Below, piece after piece: positions 36,201 through 50,150 of a stretch of DNA of 64,000 nucleotides (within the stretch, counting starts at the first letter, position 1; every line of letters starts with the position of its first letter). The stretch is from positions 15,720,948 through 15,784,947 of the forward strand of contig NC_068995.1 in NCBI RefSeq assembly GCF_001194135.2, written 5' to 3'. Under the pieces are notes generated by a model. That model worked only from the letters and a program-made list of their open reading frames with translations. It was not told where the DNA came from and ran no database searches. Source of the stretch: Octopus bimaculoides (lineage: Eukaryota). The translations under genes were made by a program, and so were the position numbers.

Positions 36201-38099
36201 CTCTAGCTACTACATTCCCATGGGTCATGATGAGTTAGAGCATTCAGGAAGAGATTATGAAAGAAAAAAAATCAAAAAATCAAATTGAGACAAAAACATT
36301 AAGACAAATGGATCAAAAGAATATGCATGGACACAAAAGACTATAGACAGCATCCAAATAAAAGAGTCAGACTTCAAAGTGTTGTTCGGGAGCACAAAAT
36401 CAAAATATACTCAGCTATGCACGTGGCATCGTTATGAAGAGACAGATAAGAGCCCGATCACCCAGTGCCTAAAATACACAGTCAGTCATGTGTGCGTTAG
36501 TTATAGAGTCCCAGTATATGTACCAAGCTACCGGGATCAAGATATTATTAAATTTAGATTGTTGGGAAAGGACACTTTACCAAAACTCATACATTACTGA
36601 TGATCATATCTGGGGCACGTCAGAAAATTTGCAAGATATCAAAATTTAATTACAATTTCTGCCACAGAACAAGTGACCTGTCAAAATAAAATTTAAAACA
36701 GCAGTCAAGGAGTGAATACACACAATATACATATATATACATATAAACATACATATAAGTGTGAGTGAAAAAACGAAAGAAAAAGGCACTCAGCAAATTT
36801 AGGAGTTATGTATACAGACACACACACATACGCACAGATATTCATTCAGACGGAGTCTGATACATATATGGCTATTTATTCTTTCGTGTACTGAATTCTA
36901 TCCCCTAAACACTTTACCACTAATACAAATCTAATGAAACAAAAAACAAACTGTATTCTTAATATAAATGCAAGCAAACCCGTTTTAGAGAAGATCGCAG
37001 TCCTAATGAAATGGTAAAATTATCAGTGAATAAGCACAGCATCTAAATTACAAGAACATGGAATACAGCAACAAAGAAAACAAGAATCAACAATCGCATA
37101 GTGCAGATCTATTGAGAAATTCCAGTGGTCTTTTGAATTGTATCATATCTGTACGAATTCTAAAAGAGAAAAAAATATATAAAGGAATATCCTTCAATCG
37201 GTTAGAAAACTTAGGTGAAGAGCTGCTGAAAAGTAACTTATCTCAGTTACTCATATTTCAGTGTGAAGTAACTGTGTTAGCACGTTACGTTCACTGAGAA
37301 GAAATATGCTAATTTACCTAGTAAGATCTGCCAACATGAATCTGCAGTAAATAACAGAATGAACAGGCGGGTAGTTTCTGCTCTGGAGAGAATTGCTAAA
37401 AACTTGAACAACGACCAAAACAATACTGGTAACAACAATATAGAGATAGAATTGCCGCCATTACACGGAGGCGAATACAAACAGAAGAGAAAAGAGTGAA
37501 GAATACAAACAAATGAAAACAGCTCGTAGTAAGATTTAAAACGAAATGTTTACATCAACAAACCACTAACTGACAAAAATGATTATGATTTGAGTCGATA
37601 GAAAGTTTCCTGACTTCATTGTTATTCATGGTCGATCAAATTGTTAAAGATCAGCAAGCACATATTGAAAATCTGAACTTTTGGATAGTGAAAGTCTTAC
37701 TGTATTGTGTTGTGATTGCATTCACCAATAAACGGGAGTAAAAGAGATCGATTGAAATGATAGCCAAAATTAATTACCTTGTTGAATAAAAAGAATATAA
37801 TAAATAAACGAACAAAACCAGGACAGTTTCAGGAAAACCAGTGGAAAATTGATTTCATGAACAATCAACAACGGCTTTTGTTAGAGACAATCCTAAATTT
37901 GAGAAAATTGCCAATGAGGGAAAACTCAAAAATGAAATATTTTCTTTAAAACAGGATGTCAAAGTAAGTCAAAAGGATGAAATCTTAAGAATTTGCGAGA
38001 ACTTAGGAATATCAACCATAAGTTTGAATGAAATCTATGAACTGTTTATAGAAGAATAAAGCGTCATGTCACTTTGCAAACGATGCTCTCTGGCAACAT

Positions 38100-38620
38100 G
38101 AGCCAAAGTTATTTTGGTGGTGGTGGTGGAGCCGAGAAGGAGTGTAAACAAGTAGAACTATCGTAATGTGGTACAGTGAAATGAATTAGAGCCAATTCTG
38201 TATAAAAATTCGTTTGCGGCAGAATTAATGGAAAATCACCTGGAGGAGAACAGGATTAACCTACTTTGACATTAACGTGAAAAGAAATATTCATAAAGTT
38301 CGTAAAATGTTATGCATGGGTACATTTCCTTATGCTAGAGGATACGAACATTGAGAGAAAAGGTACAGCCTTTTGGAATGATGACAGATACATCACAACC
38401 CTTTCACAAGGATGCGCTTTGTTGTTGAAGAACAGAAAATAGCTGCTAAATATCTGATCAATAAGAAAAAAAAGATATTACACACATCATCAGCAAACAC
38501 CACAAAAAATGCCTGTAAGATACTATCCTCCCAAGAGAAATGAAATTAATAAATACTATTTCAAATGCTACCAAGAAATGGATTATCCCGATGGTCATAT
38601 AAGAAAACCAAAGTCAGAAC
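38100..38620 (+). pseudogene. Possible highly decayed piggyBac-like transposase fragment
   Basis: CGTVK*IR (~38168) and FWNDDRYITTLSQ (~38372) resemble the GTVRxNR and WxDxxxVxxLST motifs. Only two short motifs support this. Confidence 0.3.
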
Positions 38621-39339
38621 ATATGCATACATGTATACAAATTTATGTATAAAATGTTCTAGTGTAACACTTCACTAAAAACATCGATCCGCTAAGTGGC
38701 AACCGATCTGATAATGTTGTATGGACAAGGAAAAGAAGTTATGCATTGATGTAGAAGCCTCCCATCTAAAGGATGTGAATGTATCGTTCAAGATGCACAA
38801 TCTGGTTCAAACTCAACGAACCTAATACTGTCTCATGGGACAAAAAACAACCGATGTTGTTACAGTAATGGCCGCCGCCAGAACAGAGAGAATAGGAAAA
38901 GATACCGCAGGATATGTTGTCCGTGACTCCGAATTCAGCCATTTTATGTCTGCTGTTGAAAGGTAATGAATGAAAGGTAAATTTGTCCTTCAAGGAATAT
39001 GAAGCCAGAATGCAGAGAGGCGAAGCACGTATTTAGAGGCGTTCTATTTGATGTGCTAACGACTCTGCCAAATTTTCTTCAAATAACACTGTAGCGTTTT
39101 ATATAAACAGGAATAAGGCATGTACACCCAGGATAATGTAGCCCTATATACGTTTTAACCTAAGCATATATTTGTTGCAACTTGGACCAAAATGAAAATT
39201 TGTTGGTGATAGATATAATAAAGTGCAGTGATCTCATAAGTAAGTCGGTGTTTATTTTAACAACTCTGCGCATGACTCAGCGGTTAGAGTTCGATTCCTG
39301 GACGGAAGCAGGGTGTAGTCGTTTAAATCGAGCACAGTT

Positions 39340-42280
39340 ACTAACTGTTGTATATTTTATCAATCGCTAAAGAAAGAAAGGTTAAGTTGACCTTGGTAGG
39401 GTTTGAACTCAGAACTCAATATATAAGTAAATCCCACAAAGTATTTAGTTATGACACGATACTGCAGTTGTTAAGCTTCTAAAATATTCTGACTTTAGCA
39501 CAAGATCATACAATGAAGGTATAGGAATTGTAAGTTATATAAAATGTAATGCTTGATTGATATTTTATTTATTTCATCATGACTCTTGGAAGGTTGAAAG
39601 ACAATGTTGATCTCGTCGGGATTTAAACTAAGAGCGTAAAGGCACACAACTAATTGCATACAACTAAATACTGCAAATCATTTGTACAAGTCAATTGCCT
39701 TAGTGTGGTCTATGTTTGGCCCAATATCAGGAGGCTAGCGTTGGTCAACGCTAACCATGCATCTGTGTATGTTTGTGCAACCCCGGCAAGATTTTTTGAA
39801 GAAGACTGGCTGTTACCCATTCAAGTGAGTATTCCCTCTCTACAACAAGGAAAGGCAAGGCCGCCGACTTTGGCCAATACAACTTCGAAACTGTGTCTCT
39901 GGCATTCCTGTCAGAATACAAAAAACTGAAACAGGCACTGCTAGATATCTTACTCGAAAGTTTGCCAAACTATCTCCCTGGATTTGTACGTTTTTCTTCA
40001 CCCCGGGAGGATGAAAGTTAACGTTGACCTTGCTAGAATTTGAACTCAGAGAGTAGAAAGTTGGAAAAAAATATCGCTATCTATTCTAACGACATTGATA
40101 ATTCACTACCTCATTAGAAGAGTAGTCATTCGCAGGAAAAAAAGCATCTCCGTCTGATCCAACTCCGGCAAACCTATTATTATCATCAATCCCTGATACA
40201 TAAAAAGGCAACGCTGAGACTTAAAACTAGAATGTAATATGACGTAACTGTGTGAGATATTTATCTTTTCGAATACTGTACCATTTTCACCCTCGAAGTA
40301 CACAACTTCTACATATTCATATTTTATGAACTTCTAAATAAAAATAGGTTCGACATTTGTAGGAATTGAATTCTCACTGCCCTAAGTCTTAAAGAAAGAC
40401 CATAGGATAGGTATCTGCTCTGACATTCTTGGTTTGTTTGCTTATAGCCAGCCGCTTGAAAATGATATTTTTTTTTCAACTATAAACACAAGGACTCAAA
40501 TTTGAGGGAAAACGTATGCCTAATAAATCTTACCCAGTACCCTATTCTCCAAATCAAAGTTACGATTCTCCAGATCCACCGCCCTTTATATCTCTTACGT
40601 TGGTAAAAGGCCAGAGAGTTGGTGTCGTGAAGTCTGCAGTCGATTGCACAGATCTTAGAGCTTGACCTGTACTTTATCGAGTGTGTATGTGGCAAATATG
40701 GGCAAGATTCGAACCTAGAACACAGAGGACCGTAACTAAATACTGTAAATTATTTTGTCTGATGCTCTAACAATTCTAGCAACTCATTACCCCGAGAAAA
40801 TAAAATAATATCGATATTATTGCCACCATGATCCATCCTTTCGCACAAATAACAACACGAACAGGTGTTACAAGATATGGAAGGATAAACGAAGCCAAAT
40901 TATAAAAAAAATAAAAGCAAGTGTGAGAATACTATAATCCATTGACATTTTTTTAATGAAATTATACTAAATAAATACCTCTTTAAGCAGAAATATAATT
41001 GAAAGATATATGATTTAATGAAAACGCACAACTTCCTGAGTCAGATCAGGCTTGCTACAGAAGTCTCAACGTCTTTATCTTCCTCCTTGTTACAGAAATT
41101 CCCTCGATCAAAGAGGATTTCTGGTAGATATCCAACATTGAACCACGTGCAGAACATTTAAAAGCGGATATAGCGGATTATATCGACTGATGCTTATGTT
41201 ATCGGACAAGAAAAGATGAAACAGTGAGTTAACTGGGGTAGGATTTGAACTCATTACATACAGTGAAGTGGCTAAATACTTGCAGCGATGTTGACTGGCA
41301 CCCTTGTACATGTATCATACCATCGACTATACAATGTTCTCAATAAAGATCCTAAATAGAGGGACAGGATCATATATTATTATAGGGTGGTGTACAATCA
41401 TGGTAGAATTTGGTAAGAATGAAAAATAGAATTTGCCTGAAGATCTCGTCTTAGAATGTAATAAGACGTATCCGTACATCGCAACACATTTTGTCCAGCG
41501 CTCTGCTGTTTCTGCTACAATTTCTGATAGAAGCACAAGGTCATATGTTTTTGGAGGCAAGCGTAGTCAATTTAACAAATCTTCCACTTTTCTGTTTATC
41601 GACCAAAGTAGCAAACTAGACCCAGTGGAATTTGAACTCAAATTGTAAAAACGTAATTAAATGTCCTAGGAATATTTTCCAGCACACTATCGTTTCTCCA
41701 ATTCCACCAAAATAATATATCACTTCTATCTTATGAAGGAGGGGTATTTTTGACTTAAACGCCAGCAGTACATGACTGGTATTTATTTTATCGATTCCGG
41801 AGTGATGAATAGAAATTTATCATGTCAATAGACATAGCTATAAAAATAATACTGATGTCTTACATTGGCACAAAGCTTTAAATTTGGGGGGGGGGACGGG
41901 TATTGTTGATTAGATATGCCTCAGTATGTGACTGCAACTTTAATAGACACCGGAAAGGTGAAAAGCAAAAATGACTCGGGTGGAATTTGAACACAGAACG
42001 CAAAGCGACATAGTTTTAAAAAATACTACGAACAAGACTCGTAGTAATTTTAATTGGAAGTGTTATTGTGGTTATTGGTTTCAAATTTTAGCAAAAGGCC
42101 AGCAATTTCGGGGAGGAGGTAAGTAGATTACATCGATCCCTGTGGTCAACTGGTACTTATTTGATCGACTCTGGAAGGCTGAAAGGCAACGTCGACCGTA
42201 GCGGAATTTGAACTCAGAATATTAAGACGGACGAAATGTCGCTAAGTAGTTTGGCCGGCGTGTTGACACTTGCCCGCTCA
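39340..42280 (-). mobile_element. Cluster of at least six diverged family A SINE fragments, mostly on the minus strand
   Basis: Repeated gttgacct...gaatttgaactcaga-type blocks near 39390, 39610, 40020, 41620, 41980 and 42190. Confidence 0.7.
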
Positions 42281-43473
42281 CCGCTTTACGTTCTATAGTT
42301 ATGGCCTTGTCACATGAAGGCCTTCACTGAGCAAATTATGATAACAGGATTTCAGGTCGTGGCTTTTTTGTCAGTTTGCAAAGTATAGTCTATGTAAGAC
42401 AACGTCATCCCATGTAAGCCCTATTTTTTTTTTTAAGAACCCGTGTGATTTGAAGGACATTTGGCTGATGTTTCTAACCGGCTGCATAGCAGCGTAGAAG
42501 TTGCTGAAATGCAGTTGACAGAGATAAAATTTTCCTGAAATTAATAATATTCATATACGAAAGTGAAATAATTTATAAGTATTCTAAATCAATTTCTGCT
42601 ATTTTCAAATAATAATTTTTCAATCAATACTTACTCAATAATATAAAATATTTCAATAACCATACGTGCAAGTACACCTTGATTATTATGCATTTACTAA
42701 ATTAGAGGATTTTCTCCCAAACTCAAAGACGAAGTTAGAAGACAAGTATTTTGAAAAGAAAAAAAATTAAAATATCACATAAAAATACTTACTTAATAAA
42801 GCAGGATATTTTAAATACTCTTCATTTTGAAGTGTTTAATAATTAATTAAGAACTTAATTTGTTTCTAGCTTGGTGGAAGCAAGTAGAAATTCAAATATG
42901 TTTAGATGTCGCCTGCCTATTTTTTATGTTCAGATGTGTAGTGACTGTGTGTGTTTACATATATAATGTCTCTTTATTTATGTGCATCTATTTATTTACA
43001 TGCAAATCATGTAAGCGAGAGGGACATGCAGTTTTCTAATTTTAAAAAAAAAAAACAACGTATGAACATAATGCATAAAAATATGTTAGAAGAAAATGTT
43101 TAGTGCATATACACCTCTATAGTTTTATATATGTTTTTCTATTCAAGTTTTGATATGTTTAACATTTACATGAGAATCAACGACATTTATTAAAAACAGT
43201 GTAGGTTGATGGAAAGTATAGATACGTTACAAACCTTTGCAGACGTTAGTCCCGAAAGCAGTAAGACACTTAAGTACAACCACATAGCAGTAAGGAGTGA
43301 ATGTGGAGGAGAATAATTTTGTTTGCTAGCACTAAACTGAGTGATCCTGTAGAGTTGAATATTTTTTTCTTCTTTCTCCTTCTAATACTTAGCTACCCAC
43401 CAATGATATCATTACCAGTTACATTCTCTTGCGTCCTCTCTCCCCTCCAGTGCACACACAAACTCTCACACAC

Positions 43474-43550
<77 letters not shown>

Positions 43551-43553
43551 CGC

Positions 43554-43591
<38 letters not shown>

Positions 43592-44561
43592 CTTGTGACT
43601 GGTTGATGTTGCGCTCGACATTTAAATCTGATTATCACTTTTATTCTTTTCGTCAATGATAAATACCTCTGTTTACCGTTCCCGTTTCATTAACTGCCGC
43701 ACCCATGAGTTCGATTCTATCTCCCGCTTTTTCCCTTCTTTCTTTTTTTTTTCTAAAGCCCGTACTTGGAAAACAGCTGACTAAATGTTTATGCGTTAAT
43801 GTGTTGTACCATTGTCGGTACATGAAGGAAAGGAAGGGGTGGGGCTAGAGAGTGCTACAGCAAGCGACAAAGCTTTGCTCTGTACTATATAAAACTGTAC
43901 AAGTTTGTAGTGACATAGCTACGGATTTGTGTGAAGGGGGTTCTCCGCTCGATGATGCAAACGAAATAATTTTTCAGCTTATGTTTTGACACTTTCTTTA
44001 CGAACAACAATGTTGATAAGTAAAATTTCGCAAGGTGATAGTTAGCCTCTCTGTAAACGAGAGGCAGATTCCTGGCGAACTGAGAATCTGTGATGCGGTT
44101 TCAATTCTCAGCTAAGTGTTTACATTTTCATCTTCGTTTTTAATACACTGAAGAAGGTATGAATGTCACAAAGTTCTATTTTCCAATTGGTCGATGACAA
44201 ACACTTTGGTTGTTCTCAACAAAGTACCACTATGTTTTTGTCTTGAGGGTCACTGAGTTGGTAGATTTGAAGGGAGCCAGGTTCTTAGTATTTACTATGA
44301 GTTCCAATCCTTTTGTCTAGTCAAATGAAACTAAATGATGAAAGCCTACGAAGGAGACTTAACACATCATTGATGGAAATCCTGCAAATAGCTGTCTAAC
44401 CTATCTAAATTACACTATGCTAGCTCCAATAAAGAAAGGGGTATTTATCTGAAATACGCTCTCGGGGTAGTATTAAATATATATAACCATCTATGTATCA
44501 TTATTTACACACCGTTGACAGGCAAATTACATAGGTTTTCGTCCGAGACAAAACCTATCTA

Positions 44562-44641
<80 letters not shown>

Positions 44642-44806
44642 TAGTTATCGCCAAGCTAATATCAGTTCAGGAAAATAGGACGAATGCTGCCGTTGATTAG
44701 CTCCAAGAGTCCATCGCCTCCAGCTAGCTATATGACACACAAACCTGTGTCCACTATAACCTTCAAACCATTCTCATTCATTTGTGATTTTATCTTTTTC
44801 CTCCCC

Positions 44807-46470
44807 ATGGCTCCTAAGAAAAGTCATAGTGAAGGTGCTAACCGTCATCCTATAACGCTGGAAGATAAGTTGGCTATGATAAAATGCTATAAAAAAGGTG
44901 AAAGCATGACAGCAATTGTGCGATCTTTTGGGATGAGTCGGACAACTGTATCAACGATTGTACATCATAAGGACAAGATTTTAGCACATATCAAATCTGA
45001 AGCTCCAGGGATGAAGAAAACTCATTAAGAAAAGAGGCAAAATCTTTGAAGAAATGGAAAGTCTTCTTTCTCTTTGGATTGTTAGGTTGAATAGTCAGCG
45101 TGCCACTATTAGTCAAGAAAACCTTCAAGAGAAAGCGTTGTCTTTGGATATTTTTTCTTCAGGTCCTCAAACAGATTAGAAAAATGTAGAGTTCAAAGAA
45201 AGTCAAGGATGGTTCATGAGATTTAATGAGCGAAGTTATCACACCATTAAGATGCAAGGTGAAAGTGCATCAGCTGACGAAAAAGCAGCAGCGGAATTTC
45301 TTAATTCCTTAAAGAAAATGAGTTTCTTCCCGAACAGATTTTTAACGTAGACGAATCTGGATTGCATAAGAAAGAATTGCCTGACCGCTCATTCGTTTCC
45401 AAAGAGAAGAAAACTATTCCCCGCTACAAGGTCTCAAAAGAACGTGTGACCATTATGTTGGGAGATAATTGTACAGGAGATTTTAAGTTAAAACAATTGC
45501 TTGTGTATCATGTACACAACTCCCGTGCCCTGAAAAACACACCCAAGGCATCTCTCCCTGTTATATGGATGGCTAATTCAAAAGCATTATTATTGTTTTT
45601 GAAGATTGGTTTTTCAATGATTTATCCCAGCAGCAGAGAAGAAGAAGGGAATTCCTTTTAAGGTTTTACTTATCTTAGATAATGCTCCTGGCCACTCGCA
45701 AAACATCGTAGATTTTGACCCCAATATTACCGTCGTATACATTCCTCCAAACAACACGTCTCTTCTGCAGCCAATCGATCAGGAAATAATTGCTATCTTC
45801 AAGCGTTACTATATGAAGCTTACGCTTCGGCAACTGATCTTGATGAGTCCATCACACTTCGTGACTTTTGAAGGAGATACGATATCTACAAGGCTGTACA
45901 GAACATAGTAGCGACATAGAATAATGTACAGAGCACAACTATGAATTATGTATGGTCGAAGCTTTGCCCGCAATTCGGGAATGATTTTAAGGGGTTTGAT
46001 AATGTTGCCATCAACAAAACGTTGGTGACTACGAGCAAAGAACTGGAAATGGATTTGGAGGAGGATGATTTCACTGATTTGTTTGAAAAAGACAAACACC
46101 CCTTGACGAACGAGGATTTCACAGAGCTTCACGAGCAGCAGAATAAATAAGAAGAGGAAGTCGAACCTGAGCCACGTCAATTCACCATTAAAAAATACAG
46201 CAAGCATTTGGATATATCGAAAAAGGTCTTCCTATATTCGAGAATATGGGTCCAAAGGCTCAACGCTTTTCCAAGATTATGGGGCCTTGTCACGAAGCTT
46301 TTGCTCCTTATAATGTAATCCTTGGGGAAAAGAAGAAGACAGTTCAAGGAACTCTCAATCGGTTTTTTAAGCGCATCGAACAAGAACAGCCAGAGTCAGC
46401 TGTTGATGTTAACGATGCACAGCCATCTACATCCGCGATGGAAACCACCAAGTTGTATGTACGTATTGGT
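44807..46470 (+). pseudogene. Tigger/pogo-family transposase pseudogene (DD32D), near full length, multiple stops and frameshifts
   Basis: N-terminal HTH MAPKK...ITLEDKLAMIKCYKKGESMTAIVRSFGMSRTTVSTI. FNVDESGL at 45341, LDNAPGH at 45675, PPNNTSLLQPIDQEII at 45744 (32 residues between the last two Asp). C-terminal KKKTVQGTLNRFFK. No TIRs identified, and the right end runs into a gap. Confidence 0.9.
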
Positions 46471-47086
46471 AAATTTAAAATAATTTATTTCTTTTTCTAT
46501 TGCAAANNNNNNNNNNNNNNNNNNNNNNNNNNNNNNNNNNNNNNNNNNNNNNNNNNNNNNNNNNNNNNNNNNNNNNNNNNNNNNNNNNNNNNNNNNNNNN
46601 NNNNNNNNNNNNNNNNNNNNNNNNNNNNNNNNNNNNNNNNNNNNNNNNNNNNNNNNNNNNNNNNNNNNNNNNNNNNNNNNNNNNNNNNNNNNNNNNNNNN
46701 NNNNNNNNNNNNNNNNNNNNNNNNNNNNNNNNNNNNNNNNNNNNNNNNNNNNNNNNNNNNNNNNNNNNNNNNNNNNNNNNNNNNNNNNNNNNNNNNNNNN
46801 NNNNNNNNNNNNNNNNNNNNNNNNNNNNNNNNNNNNNNNNNNNNNNNNNNNNNNNNNNNNNNNNNNNNNNNNNNNNNNNNNNNNNNNNNNNNNNNNNNNN
46901 NNNNNNNNNNNNNNNNNNNNNNNNNNNNNNNNNNNNNNNNATGTATTTATTTTCTCTAAGTTAATAATTAACTCGGACAAAATAAATTGGTTAATAGACA
47001 CCAGGGTAGCAAAGATCACAAAATGACTGTGGTGTAACTCCTGTTTATGAGGTAGAAACTCCTTGTTATTTTGGGTACTTGAGTAA

Positions 47087-47179
47087 ATATATAAATTTAG
47101 TAAATGGATTAAATGGAGTAAGTATGTTGGAAATAAAAGAATTCATTTAAAATATGCGTTTTACTCCATTTACTAAATT

Positions 47180-47186
<7 letters not shown>
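47087..47186. repeat. 21-bp perfect inverted repeat with 58-bp spacer
   Basis: atatataaatttagtaaatgg (47087-47107) / ccatttactaaatttatatat (47166-47186). Confidence 0.8.
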
Positions 47187-47204
<18 letters not shown>

Positions 47205-47214
<10 letters not shown>

Positions 47215-47400
47215 CTTTGTGTCTATGTTTATCCCCCACCATCGCTTGACAACCGATGTTTTTGTGTTTTCGTCCCTGTAACTTAGCGGTTCGGCAAAAT
47301 AGCCTGATAGAATTAGTATCAGGCTAACAAAGAATAAGTCCTTTAAGGCGGTGCTCCAGAAATGCTGTAGTCAAATGACTGAAATATGTAAAAGAATAAA
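47205..47400 (+). mobile_element. SINE family B, 3' part
   Basis: catcgcttgacaaccgatg...gtaacttagcggttcggcaaaa...aaggcggtgctccag...tcaaatgactgaaa. Confidence 0.85.
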
Positions 47401-47871
47401 AGAGAAATATTGCAATGTACTGAAAGAAGCATTTCTTGAATATGTGGGTGGCTGTCTTCCACCTCAAAATGTTAGCGAGTACTTTCGGGTGCACGAGACT
47501 GCAGTGCTTGCGACAACAGGCGGGTAGAGACGTAGGGTGTTCTAACCTGACCTACACAGTTATTCCTCACCCGTATATGGAAGAAAACATTAACTGCTTT
47601 TTCGTGTTTTATTTATTAATTAAACAACATCTTGTGTTAATTATTGGGTATTTCCATTATACTGATTTCATATTTTTCCATGTAATTACAAGACCGTTCT
47701 TATACATTTTGAACTTGTCTCCATTTCAACTATATGATGTATTTCACCTTCCCCTTCCTCGTCATAAAATTCGTTTGTCCCGCCCCACAAGTCTCCGGTT
47801 CAACGGATATTGTATTTCATTGTATTTCTTCGAATTCTTTATAATAAATAAAATATTATTATTATTATTAT

Positions 47872-48180
47872 TATGACGGCGAGCTGGCAAAATTGTTAGC
47901 ACGCGTGGCAAATTGCTTAGAGGGCATTTCGTCTGTCTTCACTTTCTTAGTTCAAATTCCGCCGAGGAATTTCATGCTTTGTGCCTATAATAGAAAGGAT
48001 TATTATTATTGGTGTTGTTGTTGTAGCCGTTATTCTTTCCGAGTTCAAATTCCGTCGAGGTCAACTTTCCCTATTATCCTTTCGGAGTCGATAAATTAAG
48101 TACGAGTTAAACACTGGGGGGCGAACAAATCGACTAGCTTCCTCCCCCAGAAATTTCAGGCCGTGTGACTATAGTAGAAC
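47872..48180 (+). mobile_element. Two tandem family A SINE fragments
   Basis: gacggcgagctggcaaaa...gttcaaattccgccgagg, then gagttcaaattccgtcgaggtcaactttccc. Confidence 0.75.
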
Positions 48181-49299
48181 TTTGAAAATTTAATGGCATG
48201 CATTACATTTTCTAAATTTAAAATGACTACCACCAACAATTATGTGACAAGATTGAACACTACCGTAGCAAAAACAACACACTATAACACAAAACACAAC
48301 TGAATGTTCAAGTGGAAGAACAAGATGAAAAATTTAGGGAACAATTGAAGAGTATGCCCCCAAACACACATATGAAGACAGCAGCAATAGTAACAGCAGC
48401 AGCAGTAGTGAAATTTAAACGTTTTCAAATACTGAGGTATGTTTATATAGCAGTCGTGAGAAGGTAAACACTTCTTTGATACAAAATGAACATGAATTTT
48501 TTTAGTTTTATCACAGATATCAGAAAATATTTAGCTGCGGAAATTTCGTAAAAGCGAACATCATTTCTTTATTGCAGGAATTAATCCCAGAGTGGGCAAA
48601 GGGAACAAGTAAATAACTACAGTTACCAAAAGATGGAAGCGGACTAAATCTTCCCTCACGTCATGGACGTACTGGAAGTCCCTACATTAGAAAAAAAGCA
48701 AAAGCCATAACGCTATTTGCCGTACCATTAAAGCTGAGGACGAAGTTAAAACACTGGATGATATTTTGAGACATAGCTCTGACTATACTTTTGTGCTCCA
48801 ATATATGGGTCGAAGAAACACCAGAATGTTAATAAGAGACATCGAAAACAACGTAGATCCTTGCTACTACTAATATATCTATCGCACTATGGGTTAGTAG
48901 ACAAATCAGGTTAAGAAAATGTAACATGTGACCAAGGGGTATCAGAATGGATTTATGAGTCCTAATGACACCCAAAGGCTACAGAGCTATACAATAACTG
49001 TTCCAAGCAGAAGGTACCGAGATAATGTGTATAGCATAAATGATTCATTAATGATACAACCTTTTAGCTAGGTTTGTCGAAAAACAAACATACCTTAGAG
49101 ATGAATACCCTACTAGCATTTATTTTATGCGTTAGATTTGTAGGGAAAGTTTTCGCTGATATTTGCTGCAACTGGCAGCAGACTGGGAGTATTCTCTATT
49201 CTGTGAATAGAGGAGCGGGGGCAATACTAAGAAAAGGCCCAAACCAGGGGATCAAATGGTAATTTCCGGATTCTACCTCTTCTAAGCGCAGATTTCATA

Positions 49300-50150
49300 A
49301 TGTTGGTCATGGTGTTAGCCGAGAGGTCAAACCTGTCTATTGTGGTGGAGTGACAGAATCGTTAGACCATCAAACGGGATACCGTTTGATATTTATTCCA
49401 TTGCTTTGCGCTCTGCTTTCATCGATCGTGTGACGGGTGGTGCGCAAACATGCGCCACCATCCCCAACAGTTTTAGTAACGACAACCTCCACCTCATACG
49501 ATACATCATTGAGAAAGTTGGGAAGAAACGTGGAATGGGGCAGAACCCTGGACACCTTAGATCAACCTAAAGCTTTCGATAGAGTCGACTACCAATACTT
49601 AGTGGCTGTTTTTACGCCAGACAGCTTCAGTCACGTCTTCTACATTTAGATCGCAAAAATATAAAACCACACAGCATCCTTTGCTCGGCCTTTCAAGACC
49701 TCTGTCGTCTCTTTGGTATGCACTGACATTTGAGCCACTACTTCAAAAACTAGAGACTTTGAAGGGCATCTTACGAGAACTAGGTTGAGGAAGATCAGTG
49801 TCAACACACGCGCACGACTTCATCGTCGTAGTGTCAGGTTCCAGGTACATGGAGGTAAGCGGTACTGCTTTAAGTAATTAGGAAGCTGTGACTGCAGCAG
49901 CAATCAAACAAGAAAAGTAAGTGAGCCTGCAGCTAGGACAAGTCTACGCCGCCCAATAACGACATGGGACGCTGGACAGACTGGTTAAATTACTCAGTGA
50001 CTAGTGCGGTTCATATATCCAAGTGGAAAAGACCTGGGATGAGGTAACAAGCGGAGTAGCTACTGTCATCCAGAAATAGGCCGAAAGAAAGTATCCCTGA
50101 AGTGTTAGACAAAGTTGCAAACTTTTGCGTCGCTTCCATCAAATATTATC
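49300..50150 (+). pseudogene. Tx1-like LINE reverse transcriptase fragment
   Basis: QTCATIPNSFSNDNLHLIRYIIEKVG, LDQPKAFDRVDYQYL (49557), WYALTFEPLLQKL, VSTHAHD (decayed YADD, 49801) and EAVTAAAIKQEK. The order and motifs are typical of Tx1/L1-type RT. Confidence 0.8.

Larger units (their letters stand above)
34480..36720 (+). pseudogene. Decayed non-LTR retrotransposon ORF (R4/Dong-like), interrupted by a SINE and a hAT MITE
   Basis: MEQLVINKFISEEAK (34544), VA*LDC, KLFDGIAYGWIIETL (34646-34690), KIRKLLNN, KEVGRGIESI (~35448) and MHG. These correspond to EQLLINK / AWxDYxKAFDSxPHxW / KEGGRGL motifs. Boundaries approximate. Confidence 0.7.

Noticed and set aside
39725-39835. Possible exon ending at caa|GTGAGT
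   Set aside because: No polypyrimidine acceptor and an unrecognisable peptide.
41433-41490. CTGAAGA followed by the hairpin cgtctta/taagacg
   Set aside because: No GAAA after the stem.
43836-43894. GC-box-like ggggtggggc plus TATATAAAA as a promoter
   Set aside because: Such motifs are common by chance in AT-rich DNA, and there is no downstream exon or ORF support.
45838-45870. TTGATGA-GTC...GAC inside the transposase
   Set aside because: No GAAA, and it lies in coding-derived sequence, so it is a chance match.
48580-49100. LPKDGSGLNLP, a possible LINE C-terminal fragment
   Set aside because: Resembles the GGLGL motif but is isolated, and could not be tied to the adjacent Tx1-like RT.
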